Assembly (NCBI GenBank): GCA_945901265.1
Contig: CAMDJZ010000005.1
Coordinates: 856-64,855, forward strand
Reading direction: 5' to 3'
Length of the DNA: 64,000 nt
Source of the DNA: Rickettsia typhi
GTDB taxonomy: Bacteria; Pseudomonadota; Alphaproteobacteria; Rickettsiales; UBA1997
Part shown: one piece after another, positions 62,204 through 64,000 of the stretch
Layout: each line of letters opens with the position of its first letter
Numbering within the stretch: the first letter of the stretch is position 1
Notes under the pieces: model-generated
Seen by the model: the letters and a program-made list of their open reading frames with translations, nothing else
What the model was told of the DNA's origin: nothing
The model's database searches: none
Translations under genes and position numbers: made by a program

Positions 62204-62986
62204 GTGCTGAAAATTAGCGTAATAATGACGGTTTATAATGGGGAGAAATTTCTTAAAACATCAATTGAGTCATTTCTCTCTCAGGATTATATTAACAAGG
62301 AATTGATAATAGTTGACAATATTTCTACAGATAATTCTTTGCAAATTATCGAAAATTATCAACAACAAAATCCTGGTATTATCAAATGGATTAAGCAAAA
62401 AGATTCTGGGATTTCTAACGCTCGTAACATTGCCCTTAAATATACTTCTGGCGATCTAATTGGATTTTTAGGCTGCGATGATATTTTGCATAAAAATTTT
62501 TTTAATGAAGCTAGCTATTACTTTAATCTTACTCAAAATTTTGACGTAATTTTTTTTAACAATTATTGCATCGGCAATTCATATGCATTTAATTTCGCAT
62601 CGCAATATAAAATCAATATTCGCAATTTAATAAAATTTTGTCCCATTGCTAGTGGTGAATCATTTTATTATCGAAAATCAATATTTGACAATTTTAAATT
62701 TAATGAGAATAATCTTTATTCAATGGACTATGAGTTAAACATGGCAATTGCAAAGCAAAAGAAATTTTTATTCTTTCCGGTTAATTTAGTTGCAGTTTTT
62801 AATCAAGATACTGGCAATAATCAATCAAGCTTAAATTCTTTCAAACAAAGGGTTGAATCCCTTTGTGTTCAGCTCAAATATTCGCAAAGTTTTTTTCAAA
62901 AATTGCGGATATTTTTTCGTTCTCGAAAGTTAATTTTAAAAAATTTTAATCTCTTTAAATCTATTAGTAAAAAAATTAGTTCATAA
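62204..62986 (+). CDS. Family 2 glycosyltransferase
   Basis: ISVIMTVYNGEKFL and VDNISTDNS motifs, plus a DD motif (GCDDIL). GTG start. Confidence 0.82.
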   Translation: MLKISVIMTVYNGEKFLKTSIESFLSQDYINKELIIVDNISTDNSLQIIENYQQQNPGIIKWIKQKDSGISNARNIALKYTSGDLIGFLGCDDILHKNFFNEASYYFNLTQNFDVIFFNNYCIGNSYAFNFASQYKINIRNLIKFCPIASGESFYYRKSIFDNFKFNENNLYSMDYELNMAIAKQKKFLFFPVNLVAVFNQDTGNNQSSLNSFKQRVESLCVQLKYSQSFFQKLRIFFRSRKLILKNFNLFKSISKKISS

Positions 62987-62989
62987 AAT

Positions 62990-63985
62990 ATGACAATAAA
63001 AAAAGCATTAATTACTGGAATTACTGGACAAGATGGCTCATATTTAACCGAGTTTCTTTTAAGTAAAAATTATCAAGTTCATGGCATCATAAGACGCTCA
63101 AGTAGCTTTAACACTTCGCGGATAGATCATCTCTTTAGCGATCCTGAAATTATTAATAAAAAACTTTTTCTGCATTATGGCGATCTTTCTGATTCTTCAT
63201 CAATTTCACGTTTGCTTGAAAAAATTATTCCCGATGAAATTTATAATTTAGGAGCGCAAAGTCATGTTAAAGTTAGCTTTGATATCCCTGAATATACCAC
63301 CGATATTGATGCTACAGGAACTTGTCGATTACTTGACGCTATTCATGATACACGTATTAAAACTAAATTTTATCAAGCATCCTCAAGCGAAATGTATGGA
63401 AAAGTTCAAGCCATACCGCAATCTGAAACAACGAATTTTTATCCACGCAGTCCTTATGCTTGTGCAAAATTATATAGCCATTGGTTAACTATTAATTTTC
63501 GTGAAAGCTATGGTTTATTTGCGTGTAGTGGAATTTTATTTAACCATGAATCACCGCGTCGTGGACAAACTTTTGTAACCAGAAAAATCACCCATACACT
63601 TGCTGAAATTCTTGCAAAAAAAACTAATAAACTTTTTCTAGGTAATATTGAAGCTAAAAGAGATTGGGGTTTTGCTGGAGACTATGTTGAAGCGATGTGG
63701 TTAATGCTTCAGCAAGATATTGCAGATGATTATGTTATTGCAACTGGCGAAACATATTCGGTTAGAGATTTTCTCGATGAAGCTTTCGAATATGCTGGTC
63801 TTGATTGGAAAAAATATGTTGAAATTAGCGAAAAATATTTTCGTCCAGCTGAAGTTGATTTATTAATTGGTGATGCTTCAAAAGCAAAAGAAAAGCTCGG
63901 GTGGAAACCAAAGGTTAACTTCAAGCAACTTGTGCGCATGATGGTTGATGCTGATTGCGAATTGTTAGGCGTTAAACGTAAATAA
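62990..63985 (+). CDS. gmd: GDP-mannose 4,6-dehydratase
   Basis: [32 protein letters not shown] and FNHESPRRG motifs. Confidence 0.93.
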   Translation: MTIKKALITGITGQDGSYLTEFLLSKNYQVHGIIRRSSSFNTSRIDHLFSDPEIINKKLFLHYGDLSDSSSISRLLEKIIPDEIYNLGAQSHVKVSFDIPEYTTDIDATGTCRLLDAIHDTRIKTKFYQASSSEMYGKVQAIPQSETTNFYPRSPYACAKLYSHWLTINFRESYGLFACSGILFNHESPRRGQTFVTRKITHTLAEILAKKTNKLFLGNIEAKRDWGFAGDYVEAMWLMLQQDIADDYVIATGETYSVRDFLDEAFEYAGLDWKKYVEISEKYFRPAEVDLLIGDASKAKEKLGWKPKVNFKQLVRMMVDADCELLGVKRK

Positions 63986-64000
63986 ATTTTCTAATTTTTA

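Noticed and set aside
1-64000. tRNA, rRNA, tmRNA or riboswitch candidates in intergenic spacers
   Set aside because: I scanned the spacers by eye for GC-rich cloverleaf-type segments (e.g. GGTTCGAATCC-like T-arms) and for preQ1 or TPP riboswitch cores upstream of queF and thiD. None were seen. thiD sits 2 nt after clpB, leaving no room for a leader. A covariance-model scan would be needed to be certain.

Overview
The window is very AT-rich (roughly 70% A+T by eye), gene-dense chromosomal DNA. The gene content points to an alphaproteobacterium, probably a Rickettsiales- or Holosporales-like organism with a reduced genome. That lineage call is inference from sdhCDAB, nuoMN, a type-2 eukaryote-like IleRS, and PopZ/DUF2497, COQ9-family and DUF1674 proteins. 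I support about 58 protein-coding genes. Most are housekeeping: maeB, nuoM/N, aroA, recR, proA, carA, queF, lgt, dnaA, miaB, lpxB, asd, tadA, clpB, thiD, folK, sdhCDAB, proC, rnhA, glyS, hom, ileS, trxB, fabG, argD, cstA, ychF, mltA and gmd. I found no tRNA, rRNA, CRISPR array, transposase or integrase. The main anomaly is inside the essential ileS gene. About 650 bp of locally GC-rich DNA sits in frame in the CP1/editing region. It consists of hairpin-forming 33-bp tandem repeats and ~34-bp imperfect terminal inverted repeats that bracket a complete DUF559 (Vsr-like, PD-(D/E)xK) endonuclease domain. The same ileS ORF also lacks the usual ~250-330 aa C-terminal region. Other points of interest are listed below.
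- purL is reduced to its N-terminal half.
- A small island encodes a prepilin-type LamG-like protein, flanked by two apparently paralogous 60-66 aa ORFs and followed by an IalB-like secreted protein.
- A PopZ-like protein is expanded to 652 aa by Asn/Asp/Ser-rich low complexity.
- An unknown secreted ORF splits sdhA from sdhB.
- An orphan TAXI binding protein lies divergent to a DAACS symporter.
- tolR-tolA follow lolA with no tolQ.
All functional calls come from motif recognition in the supplied translations. No database search was possible.
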